Below are positions 55,784 through 64,000 of a stretch of DNA of 64,000 bases, piece by piece. Numbering within the stretch: the first letter of the stretch is position 1; every line of letters begins with the position of its first letter. The notes under the pieces are model-generated. The model made no database searches, had not been told where the DNA came from, and saw only the letters and a program-made list of their open reading frames with translations. The stretch spans positions 4,524-68,523 of the forward strand of contig JBLIMK010000004.1 of assembly GCA_047638715.1 (NCBI GenBank), in the 5' to 3' direction. Source of the stretch: Verrucomicrobiales bacterium. Lineage in GTDB: Bacteria; Actinomycetota; Acidimicrobiia; Acidimicrobiales; SHLQ01. The position numbers were made by a program, and so were the translations under genes.

Positions 55784-57162
55784 CGATGCTCCAACAACGG
55801 TTTCAGTTCGTCGGGAAGGTTCACGAGGTCCCCAGCACCGAGGCTCATGCAAAGGTCGCCGGGTTGAAGTACGCCTGCGATGGCCTCGGCGAGCGAGGCT
55901 CGGTCTGGGTGATACAGGATTGGCGGATGTCCCTCGCGGCGTTCGACGGCCTCGACAATAAGTTCACCCGAGACACCTTCTCGTGGAGCCTCTCCCGATG
56001 CATAGACGTCGGTCAGCACGAGGAGGTCGGCGCTGTCGAACACTCCCTCAAAGTCTTGCCAGAGCGCCTCTGTGCGGCTGTACCGGTGCGGCTGAAACAC
56101 GGCCACGACGCGGTCGTGCTGGGTGTCGACACCGGCTGCCAACGCCGCAGAGACCTCGGTTGGAAGATGGGCATAGTCGTCGATGAAGTCGACGCCACCG
56201 GCGGATCCGCGACGGTCGAACCGGCGACCGACGCCTCCAAAGTTGGCGAGCGCTGCTTGAGCAGCGCTGAACGGCAGGCCCATCTCCATTGCCGCGGCCG
56301 TTGCAGCTGTGGCGTTTCGAGCGTTGTGGAGGCCCGGCATCGGGACACGGAGTCGTCCTAAAAGGATTTCGGCGCGATGAAGATCGAACGTGATCGCCTC
56401 AGGGCTTCGCTCGATGGCCGACATTCGATAGGTCGATCCCTCAGAGGCCCCGTAAGTGACCACATTCGAGCCGTGGGCCAACGCTGCTGCTCCAGGGTCA
56501 TCGGCGCAGACGACCGCCACTTTCGAGGCAGCAACGAAATCCGCGAACGCTCGTCGCATCGCCTCCTCGCTGCCGTAGAACTCCAAATGGTCGGGCTCGA
56601 CATTGGTGACGATGCCGATCATGTGATCGAGGGCGAATCCTGAGCCGTCGCTCTCGTCAGCTTCGACGACGAACCACTCACCCGCCCCCCAGCGAGCTCC
56701 GCTTCCGAGATCGGGAACCACACCACCGATGATGAAACTCGGATCTACCTCGGCTTGGACTGCGATCACCGAGAGCATCGAGGTCGTGGTTGTTTTTCCG
56801 TGGGTTCCCGCAATAGCGACCGTCTTGCGCTGGGCGGCGATCGCCGCCAGAAGCTCACCGCGATGCAACACGCGCCCGCCGCTCTCGACAACCGCCCGAA
56901 CCTCTGCGTTGGATGCCGGTACGGCTGTCGATTTTGCGACGATGTCCGGGGATTGAACGTTGCTCGCATCATGGCCAACGATCGCATCTATACCGATCGA
57001 TCGAAGGCGTTCAAGCGATGCGGAGGCGGCCATGTCACTCCCCCGGACCGTGTGTCCCATTCCGTGCAAGACCTCTGCAATGGCGGCCATTCCGGCTCCA
57101 CCGATGGCGATGAGATGAATCGACTGAGGCGTCGAAAGGTCGATCGGAGTGACGGCGCTCAT
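55780..57162 (-). CDS. murC: UDP-N-acetylmuramate--L-alanine ligase
   Basis: IHLIAIGGAGM, GTHGKTTTTSM, DDYAHLPTE. Confidence 0.95.
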   Translation of the reverse strand: MSAVTPIDLSTPQSIHLIAIGGAGMAAIAEVLHGMGHTVRGSDMAASASLERLRSIGIDAIVGHDASNVQSPDIVAKSTAVPASNAEVRAVVESGGRVLHRGELLAAIAAQRKTVAIAGTHGKTTTTSMLSVIAVQAEVDPSFIIGGVVPDLGSGARWGAGEWFVVEADESDGSGFALDHMIGIVTNVEPDHLEFYGSEEAMRRAFADFVAASKVAVVCADDPGAAALAHGSNVVTYGASEGSTYRMSAIERSPEAITFDLHRAEILLGRLRVPMPGLHNARNATAATAAAMEMGLPFSAAQAALANFGGVGRRFDRRGSAGGVDFIDDYAHLPTEVSAALAAGVDTQHDRVVAVFQPHRYSRTEALWQDFEGVFDSADLLVLTDVYASGEAPREGVSGELIVEAVERREGHPPILYHPDRASLAEAIAGVLQPGDLCMSLGAGDLVNLPDELKPLLEHR

Positions 57163-58277
57163 GAGCGGGCCTTTGCGTGGAGTTCGACGAGATCGGTTAC
57201 CGCTTCAGCAGCATCGGGACGCGCGACCGAGGCCGCGCCGGTCCGCATCGTCTCGAGAATGACGTCGTTGTCGATGAGGCGCGTGACCGTGTCGACGAAT
57301 AGCCGAGCATCAAAGATGCTGTCGGCGAGCAACTCTGCGCCGCCGGCCGACTCGAGCGCCCGAGCATTGGCTGTCTGATGATCGCCAGGAGCCCCCGGTA
57401 GCGGTATGAGGACCGACGGGGTCCCCGTGGCTGCCAGCTCGGCGCAACTCGTCGCGCCCGCTCGACAGACGACGAGATCGGCAGCTGCGTAGACCGATGC
57501 CATATCGTCCTCGTACTCGATGGGCGTATAGGTGAGCGAAGAGGTCATGAACACAACGGCACGCCTCGTCACATCGGCGTAATCACGGGACCCGATGATG
57601 TGTCGTATTTCGATGTCGCCTCGATCCTCGAGCAACGCCAGCGCGCCAGCGACAGCGTCATTGATCGTGCGCGCCCCAAGCGAGCCTCCAAATACTGCGA
57701 TCAACTTCTTGTCCTCGCCCAGACCAAACCGCTTTCGAGCATCGATTCGTGACCGATCGCCCGCCGTCGCGACGGCCAAGACCTCAGCGCGCACGGGGTT
57801 TCCCGTCCACGTAGAGCGAGGGAGGTCCGTCCCCTCATAGGACACAGCGGATGCCTTTGCGAAACGGCCGATGATCTTGTTGGCTAGTCCAGGCACCGCG
57901 TTCTGTTCCGTGACCACGATGGGTATCCGCAACAACACGGCCCATAGTCCGGCCGGAACGCTCGCATACCCACCGAGAGCGACGACGACGTCTGGTTTAT
58001 GTGATCGAAGCAGCGAGAACGACGCGATAAATGCACGGATTAGGCCTGCGATCGCTCCGACATTGTCCATTGTGAACCGTCGTTGAATCCCCCGGCCGGG
58101 TAGGACCGTCAACTCGAAACCAGCCTCGGGCACAATCTTTTTCTCGACTCCGCGTTCGGACCCGACGAAGTGGATTTCGCTGGCGTCGTAACCTCGTTTG
58201 ACGAGTTCATGTCCGATCGCGACTCCGGGCAGAACGTGACCAGCGGTGCCGCCACCGACGATCAGAGCGTGCGTCAC
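57159..58277 (-). CDS. murG: undecaprenyldiphospho-muramoylpentapeptide beta-N-acetylglucosaminyltransferase
   Basis: GGGTAGHVLP motif. GTG 58277 overlaps the ftsW stop (GTGA). The ORF extension to 58433 was rejected. Confidence 0.9.
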   Translation of the reverse strand: MTHALIVGGGTAGHVLPGVAIGHELVKRGYDASEIHFVGSERGVEKKIVPEAGFELTVLPGRGIQRRFTMDNVGAIAGLIRAFIASFSLLRSHKPDVVVALGGYASVPAGLWAVLLRIPIVVTEQNAVPGLANKIIGRFAKASAVSYEGTDLPRSTWTGNPVRAEVLAVATAGDRSRIDARKRFGLGEDKKLIAVFGGSLGARTINDAVAGALALLEDRGDIEIRHIIGSRDYADVTRRAVVFMTSSLTYTPIEYEDDMASVYAAADLVVCRAGATSCAELAATGTPSVLIPLPGAPGDHQTANARALESAGGAELLADSIFDARLFVDTVTRLIDNDVILETMRTGAASVARPDAAEAVTDLVELHAKARS

Positions 58278-59470
58278 CTGTTGCTCCGGGCGACGTTGAG
58301 CATGATGCCAACACCTGCCAGCGTGGTTACGAGCGACGTTCCGCCCGCCGACATAAACGGCAACGGCACTCCGGTAATCGGAAGAACACCGAGGACAGCG
58401 CCGATGTTGATAAAGGCCTGGACGAGGATCCATGACGCGACCCCCACAACGAGGAGGGCACCAAATCGATCAGCTCGGCGTGCTATCACCAGAGCGACAA
58501 GGCCAAACATGACGTACCCGAGCACGACGACGCTGGCGCCGACAAGACCGAACTCTTCGGCGGTAACCGCAAACACAAAGTCGTTATGGGCCTCTGGAAG
58601 GAAGCCATATTTCCCTCGACTCTCGCCGATTCCAACGCCGGTGACGCCGCCATTGGCAACCGAGACGAGCGACTGGATGGTCTGCCAGCCCTCGTCGAGC
58701 GGGTCCGACCACGGATCGCGGAACGCGAGCAAACGGTCACGTCGGTATGGAGCGAAATAGGCCAAGGCGCTGGCTACGACAGCACTGACCGTACCGAGCG
58801 CAGCGATTGCCGAGAGTCTGATCCCCGAGGCGAACAGCGAGGCGATTCCGATAACGAAGATGATGATCGTCGTGCCGAGATTCGGTTGGAGAAGGATCAA
58901 GCCGCCGTAGGCGCTCAGGACGAGCACGATCGGCCGGAGCGAACGGTTGACCTCGACGGTCCTTGATCTGGCGAGGTTGTCTGCTGCGAACAGCACGAGC
59001 GTGAGCTTGGCGAGCTCCGACGGTTGAAATTGTACGGGTCCGAGCCGAAGCCATCGCTGTGCTCCGTTCGCCGACACGCCGAAGCCGGGAAGAAGAACAA
59101 GAATCAGAAGAACGAAGGACATGATCAACGCAGCGACCGTGAACCTTCGTAGGAGTCGATGATCAAAGAACGTCATTGCGATGCAAGAAACCGCGCCGAG
59201 ACCAAGCCATACCGCCTGGCTGCGGAACTCGCCCCACGGAGACCCGGTTCGTGTAAGCGAGGTCACCGACGACGCGGAGAGCACCATCGTGAGACCGAGA
59301 AGCGAGAAGCAGATCACAAGTCCCAAGAGGACCAAGAAGGGAGTCGAGCCCATTCCAAGTCGGCGCGATGCCGCTGTTTTTGTGCGCGGCGCTGACGCAG
59401 GACGACTCGGACGGCGACCTCGCTGCACTGGACTCTGCCGGCGAGCAGTGCTGGAACGACGGGACGTCAT
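58274..59470 (-). CDS. ftsW: SEDS-family peptidoglycan polymerase FtsW
   Basis: About 10 TM helices; QPSELAK and PFMSAGGTS motifs; ATG 59470 lies 5 nt after the murD stop. Confidence 0.9.
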   Translation of the reverse strand: MTSRRSSTARRQSPVQRGRRPSRPASAPRTKTAASRRLGMGSTPFLVLLGLVICFSLLGLTMVLSASSVTSLTRTGSPWGEFRSQAVWLGLGAVSCIAMTFFDHRLLRRFTVAALIMSFVLLILVLLPGFGVSANGAQRWLRLGPVQFQPSELAKLTLVLFAADNLARSRTVEVNRSLRPIVLVLSAYGGLILLQPNLGTTIIIFVIGIASLFASGIRLSAIAALGTVSAVVASALAYFAPYRRDRLLAFRDPWSDPLDEGWQTIQSLVSVANGGVTGVGIGESRGKYGFLPEAHNDFVFAVTAEEFGLVGASVVVLGYVMFGLVALVIARRADRFGALLVVGVASWILVQAFINIGAVLGVLPITGVPLPFMSAGGTSLVTTLAGVGIMLNVARSNR

Positions 59471-59475
59471 CTGGG

Positions 59476-60828
59476 TCACGAGACCTCCACAAGTTCGTGA
59501 ACGGCGCGGATGAAATCGTTCCCCCGCGCGCCGTAGTTCGGGTATGCATCGAACGATGTGCATCCCGGCGAAAGAAGCACGACATCACCTGGTTGCGCGA
59601 TCGACAGCGCGATTCGAACAGCGTCGTCCATGCCGGCCGCTCTTTCGACAGGCGCGGCTCCGGCGAATGCCGCCTCCACCTCTGCTGCTGCGTCGCCCAT
59701 AGCGACCACAGCTCGAGTTCGATCGCTGACGGAGCGCAGTTCGCTGAGATCGAGCCCCTTGTTGCGCCCGCCGGCGAGCAGGATCACCGAAGAGAACGCA
59801 CGAACGGCGGTGACCACTGCGTGAGGAACGGTCGCCTTCGAATCGTTGTAGAAGGAAATATCGCCACTTGTCACGACGTGCTGAATCCGATGCGGTGGGA
59901 TCTCGTAGGTTCCGATAGCGGCTGCGATGCCGTCGACGTTCGCGCCGAGATGCAGCGCCAACGATGCGGCGATTAGAGCGTTGGTGATGTCGTGATCGAA
60001 CGAGCGCACCAGGTCATCGACGCCCGCGATGTCGACACCGCCGATCAGCAAGCGGCCGTCATCGACGAAGGCGGTCGCACCGCGCGACGAGTCGAGACCA
60101 ACGATCGTGTTGGGGACATTGGTTGGCAGGTGAGACCGAACCACCGGATCGTCATCGGGTGCTACGGCCAGCCCATTCGCCGGGAGGTCTTCCCAAATCT
60201 TTGCCTTGGCGGCCTCGTAGCCCTCGAGCGTTGCGTGGACATCGAGGTGGTCCGGACTGAAGTTGATCCACGCGGCGGCGTTCGGGCTGAAGCGCTCGCT
60301 ATGGCCGAGTCGGAACGACGATGCTTCGACCACAAAGACGTCGAAGGAGGGGTCGTCGATTACCTCCACGAGTGGAGTATCGGTATTTCCAACAGCCACG
60401 GCAGCAATGCCGGAGGCTTCCAACATTGCGACGGTCAACAGGGTCACCGAAGTCTTGCCATCCGTTCCAGTGACCGCAGCGATGGGCCGGTCATCCCACC
60501 ATCGGGCGAGGTCGAACTCAGACAGTGTTCGGACATTGAGAGCAGCTGCGAGCGCGAAACCATCGTGCGACTCGGGTATGCCGGGGCTTGGCATAAACGC
60601 CGAGGCAGTGTCGAGGAGACGCCGAAGCTCTTCTTTGGTCGGGGCCTCGATGAACGCACATTGAATCCCGGCGACGAAGGATCGGGTCTTGTCGGTCGGG
60701 CGGTCTTCGACGGCCGTTACCACGATTCCGCGGCGGACCAACGACCCCGCTACAGCGCGACCGGTGACACCGAGGCCAAGGATGACGACATGATCGCCGG
60801 CGCTGAGCGGGTTGCTCGCAGGGGTCAC
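59476..60828 (-). CDS. murD: UDP-N-acetylmuramoylalanine--D-glutamate ligase
   Basis: GLGVTG, GTDGKTS, DSKATVPHA. GTG 60828 overlaps the mraY stop (GTGA). Confidence 0.9.
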   Translation of the reverse strand: MTPASNPLSAGDHVVILGLGVTGRAVAGSLVRRGIVVTAVEDRPTDKTRSFVAGIQCAFIEAPTKEELRRLLDTASAFMPSPGIPESHDGFALAAALNVRTLSEFDLARWWDDRPIAAVTGTDGKTSVTLLTVAMLEASGIAAVAVGNTDTPLVEVIDDPSFDVFVVEASSFRLGHSERFSPNAAAWINFSPDHLDVHATLEGYEAAKAKIWEDLPANGLAVAPDDDPVVRSHLPTNVPNTIVGLDSSRGATAFVDDGRLLIGGVDIAGVDDLVRSFDHDITNALIAASLALHLGANVDGIAAAIGTYEIPPHRIQHVVTSGDISFYNDSKATVPHAVVTAVRAFSSVILLAGGRNKGLDLSELRSVSDRTRAVVAMGDAAAEVEAAFAGAAPVERAAGMDDAVRIALSIAQPGDVVLLSPGCTSFDAYPNYGARGNDFIRAVHELVEVS

Positions 60829-61880
60829 GCGGTGATCCCTTGCCTGATCGAGTCCCAATAAAAGATGCCCACGCCGACGCCCGTCGTGAGGCCAGACAGC
60901 AGCCAGAACCGAATGATGACGCGCGTTTCAGGCCATCCAGCGAGCTCGAAATGATGATGGATTGGGGCCATGCGAAAGAGACGACGGCCACCCTGTGTTC
61001 GAAAGACGGCGATCTGCAAGATCACCGACACCGTTTCGGCCACGAACAACGCTCCCATGATCGGCAAGAGAAGCTGCGTATTCGTCGTGAGCGCCAAGGC
61101 GGCGAGCGCCGCCCCAATCGCCAACGACCCCGTGTCTCCCATGAAGATCTGGGCGGGTGCCGCATTCCACCAGAGGAAGCCAACGCAGCCACCGAGCATC
61201 GACACGGAGATGACGGCTAGATCCAGCGCATGGGGAATCTGATAGTCGGCGTCGTGACGAAACGCCCAAAACGCGATGAACGTGAATCCGGTGAAGTTCA
61301 AGATCGCAGCGCCCGACGCGAGTCCGTCGAGGCCGTCGGTCAGATTGACCGCATTTGCGGATGCGAGGATCAGGAGAACCGCCCACAGCGACCAGCCGAC
61401 CTTGCCAAGGTCCCAACCAATCGAGTCCCAACGCACGAACGACAGCTCGGTGTGAATGCTCGTGAACTGCACTTGGAGAACGGCGAACATCACTGCGACG
61501 GTGACCAGGCCGATGACCTTGGCCTTCTTGTTCAGACCCAGGTTCCGTTCGCGGGAAATCTTGATCCAGTCATCGAGGAACCCGACCAGACCGGTGGCCA
61601 GAATCGTGCCCATCACGATCAGCCCGGTCCGGGTGAAAACGATCGACGTGCCGACACCGAAGAGGTTGGCGATATCGGCTGCGATGTAACCGAAGAATGC
61701 ACCGAACAAGATTGCGATCCCACCCATCGTGGGCGTCCCGGCCTTCACCGCGTGACCCTCGGGCCCATCCTCTCGAATCGGCTGACCGAACTTGGCCCGC
61801 GTGAGGAAGCCGATGAGGAATCGCGTGCCGAGCAGTGAGAGCGTCACCGAAGTAGCAGCAGCGATAAGAAGTCGAATCAT
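60825..61880 (-). CDS. mraY: phospho-N-acetylmuramoyl-pentapeptide transferase
   Basis: PTMGG, NAVNLTDGLDGLA, PIHHHFE. Confidence 0.95.
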   Translation of the reverse strand: MIRLLIAAATSVTLSLLGTRFLIGFLTRAKFGQPIREDGPEGHAVKAGTPTMGGIAILFGAFFGYIAADIANLFGVGTSIVFTRTGLIVMGTILATGLVGFLDDWIKISRERNLGLNKKAKVIGLVTVAVMFAVLQVQFTSIHTELSFVRWDSIGWDLGKVGWSLWAVLLILASANAVNLTDGLDGLASGAAILNFTGFTFIAFWAFRHDADYQIPHALDLAVISVSMLGGCVGFLWWNAAPAQIFMGDTGSLAIGAALAALALTTNTQLLLPIMGALFVAETVSVILQIAVFRTQGGRRLFRMAPIHHHFELAGWPETRVIIRFWLLSGLTTGVGVGIFYWDSIRQGITA

Positions 61881-63376
61881 GAGGCACTTTCCCAGCCGAG
61901 TGAGGCCAATGCAGCGCGGGCGTGAACTCGGTCGTCAAAGTCGCTGCGTGTGGTCCCGACGATCTGGTAATCCTCGTGGCCTTTTCCGGCGATCACGACC
62001 ACATCGCCGGGGAGTGCACCCGAGATTGCAGAGATGATGGCTTCGCCTCGGTCGGCGACTCTGTGGACCGCCGTCGGGGTTCGTGGCGCTCCGTCGATGC
62101 CTGCGAGGACATCGTCGATGATGCGCTCAGGATCCTCCGTGCGAGGGTTGTCGGAGGTCACGAAAAGAACGTCGGCAGCGGTGGCTGCGGTACCCATGAG
62201 TGGGCGCTTGCCAGGGTCGCGGTCGCCGGCGGCTCCAAACACGATGACCACGCGGTTGTCGGCCAGTTCGCGGGCGCTGTCGATCGCGGCTGCGACGCTC
62301 GCTGGCGTGTGTGAGTAGTCGACGATTACGGCGAACGGCTGTCCCGCGTCGATCGACTCGAAGCGCCCTGGGATCTGTGGCGCATTGCCCAACGCCTCCG
62401 CGATGCGATGTTGGTCGAAGCCGAGCAGGACGGCAGCCTCTGCGGCGAGAACGGCGTTGGTGATGCTAAATGCCCCGCCGATCGGCAGGTCGATTCGAAT
62501 TCCGCGCCAGTCGAAGGTGCTCGAGGTTTGGCGAAGGGTCGCAGTGGCGACGAGCACGCCGCCATCGACCTCGACCAGTTGGCGTTCAGCGCCGGCATCA
62601 GCGTCTTCTCCGAAGGCGTCGCGGCGAAGATCTTCCATGAGTCGTCGACCCCAAGGATCAGAAACCTCGATCACGGCGTCAGCTGCGAATTCCTCGGAGA
62701 AGAGCTTCGCCTTCGCAGCGAAGTATTCGTCCATCGTGTGGTGGTAGTCGAGATGGTCTTGGCTCAGGTTCGAGAAGACGGCGACCGCAACCGAGCTCCC
62801 GGCGATCCGTTGCTGATCGAGCGCGTGCGACGAGATTTCTGCAGCAACGACATCGGTTCCTGCCTCGCGGTAGCGTCTCAAGGCCAGCTGAAATTCAGGC
62901 GCAGCAGCTGTGGTGAGCGACCCGGTGAGCGTCCCTGTCGACGCCGCAATTCCGCCGCAGTTATTGACGATGTGTGCCAGGAGCGTCACGATCGACGTCT
63001 TCCCGTTCGTTCCGGTGACCCCGACCAAGCGCACGTCATCGGTTGGATTGCCAGCGAAGGCGGCGGCGAGATGTCCGGCCGCGAGCCGACCATCGCGAAC
63101 GACGACTTCGGGCACCTCGGCGGTGGTCGGTCGTTCGACGACGACCGCAGCTGCGCCTCTTTGAACGGCGTCGTCAACGAAACGGTGACCATCGTTCGTC
63201 GTGCCCCGAATCGCGCAAAAGAGCGAGCCCGATTCGACGGACTCGCTGTGCTGGGTGATCGAGCGAATGATAATTTCGCCGCCGTCCACCTCTGTCGGAG
63301 TAATGCCTTTGGCGCGGATGGAAACAGTCTTCAGGAGGCCATTCAGGGATTGCACGACCGACGTGGGCGCGATCAT
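61877..63376 (-). CDS. murE: UDP-N-acetylmuramoyl-L-alanyl-D-glutamate--2,6-diaminopimelate ligase
   Basis: GVTGTNGKTS, EISSHAL, NLSQDHLDYH and the DNPR(TE) DAP-specificity motif. Its stop overlaps the mraY start and its start overlaps the ftsI stop. Confidence 0.85.
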   Translation of the reverse strand: MIAPTSVVQSLNGLLKTVSIRAKGITPTEVDGGEIIIRSITQHSESVESGSLFCAIRGTTNDGHRFVDDAVQRGAAAVVVERPTTAEVPEVVVRDGRLAAGHLAAAFAGNPTDDVRLVGVTGTNGKTSIVTLLAHIVNNCGGIAASTGTLTGSLTTAAAPEFQLALRRYREAGTDVVAAEISSHALDQQRIAGSSVAVAVFSNLSQDHLDYHHTMDEYFAAKAKLFSEEFAADAVIEVSDPWGRRLMEDLRRDAFGEDADAGAERQLVEVDGGVLVATATLRQTSSTFDWRGIRIDLPIGGAFSITNAVLAAEAAVLLGFDQHRIAEALGNAPQIPGRFESIDAGQPFAVIVDYSHTPASVAAAIDSARELADNRVVIVFGAAGDRDPGKRPLMGTAATAADVLFVTSDNPRTEDPERIIDDVLAGIDGAPRTPTAVHRVADRGEAIISAISGALPGDVVVIAGKGHEDYQIVGTTRSDFDDRVHARAALASLGWESAS

Positions 63377-64000
63377 CTGTCGGCCACCGCTGCGGCCGGA
63401 GGGATGCGAAAATGTTGAAGTGCGAAATTCGAGATCTCGCCGAACAACGGAGCCGCGACCCGGCCGCCAGAGGCGTTCCCGCCGGGTTCTTCGATCATCA
63501 CGATGATCGAGAGCTCGGGATTTCCTGCGGGTAAGTAGCCTGCGAAGCTCGTGAGCAAATGCACGTCGCCATTTTCGTCTTCGTAGCCCCCGACTGGCTG
63601 AGCGATTCGAGCGGTGCCGGTCTTGCCAGCGATCTGATATCCGGGCACAGAGGCCAGAACGCCCGTTCCGCCTTCTCGGACAACGCCCGCGAGCAACGCC
63701 GTGATCTGGTGGGCGGTTTCAGGCGACAAGACCCGTCTTCCTTCACGCGGGCTGACGATCTCGAGATCGCCATTCGACGACCGAATTCCCGAAACCAGGT
63801 GTGGCTCGACGAGCAACCCGTCGTTCGCAAAAACGTTGTAGGCCCGGAGCATCTGCAACGGCGTCGCCGCATAGCCGTAACCAATCGCGGCGAAAGGCTT
63901 CGATACGCCAGACCACTCGTCCTTTGGGTGCAGAATTCCCGACGATTCACCCGGGAAGTTGAGTGCGGTCGCAGTGCCGAGACCGTAGTCGCTCAGGTAG
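63373..64000 (-). CDS. ftsI: class B penicillin-binding protein (FtsI-type transpeptidase), C-terminal part; continues beyond the window
   Basis: The frame is open from 64000 (YLSDYGLGTATALNFPGE...) through the KTGTA motif to the stop at 63373. Confidence 0.85.
   Translation of the reverse strand, partial: YLSDYGLGTATALNFPGESSGILHPKDEWSGVSKPFAAIGYGYAATPLQMLRAYNVFANDGLLVEPHLVSGIRSSNGDLEIVSPREGRRVLSPETAHQITALLAGVVREGGTGVLASVPGYQIAGKTGTARIAQPVGGYEDENGDVHLLTSFAGYLPAGNPELSIIVMIEEPGGNASGGRVAAPLFGEISNFALQHFRIPPAAAVADR

Noticed and set aside
1-64000. tRNA, rRNA, transposase, integrase, phage, toxin-antitoxin or defence-system genes
   Set aside because: Scanning both strands by eye found no T-loop-like GGTTCGA(A/T)TCC motifs in a tRNA context, no rRNA-like stretches and no ORFs with mobile-element or defence hallmarks. 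This is a manual scan and could miss small elements.

Overview
High-GC chromosomal core region (GC judged by eye, not computed) with actinobacterial gene content and synteny. A recognisable mshD and a SigR/RsrA-like pair indicate mycothiol use. I saw no rRNA, tRNA, CRISPR array, transposase, integrase or prophage signal. Left to right: (1) a non-pyrrolysine MttB-family corrinoid methyltransferase module (pterin methyltransferase, RACo-type activase, MttB); (2) an iron locus (His/Asp-rich VIT1 exporter, FbpA/FbpB-like importer with no ATPase gene, DtxR/IdeR); (3) housekeeping genes (a PabB-PabC fusion, DUF1015 coupled to a SerA-like dehydrogenase, leuS); (4) a secreted beta-propeller protein with two polyproline-linked FN3-like modules, preceded by palindromic operator-like sites; (5) an ECF sigma/ZAS anti-sigma pair beside a disulfide reductase; (6) a 9.5-kb minus-strand his-trp gene array with almost every junction overlapping, with unusual inserted genes, an 18-bp x4 tandem repeat where hisA/priA normally sits, and a structured leader ending in an intrinsic terminator; (7) mshD-rlmN, menaquinone genes, dnaE; (8) the division/cell-wall region (lspA, DksA-like, divIVA, sepF, yggS, pgeF, ftsZ, ftsQ, murB, murC, murG, ftsW, murD, mraY, murE, ftsI), with no murF between murE and mraY. 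Most long ORFs on the opposite strand of these genes are high-GC artefacts. I found no clear-cut novel defence or mobile system. The best candidates for undescribed biology are the his-trp leader and repeat, the secreted propeller locus with its operators, the DUF1015/SerA-like pair, and the hypothetical-nitroreductase-menA operon. Start codons were chosen from RBS position and stop/start overlaps and are less certain than the reading frames.
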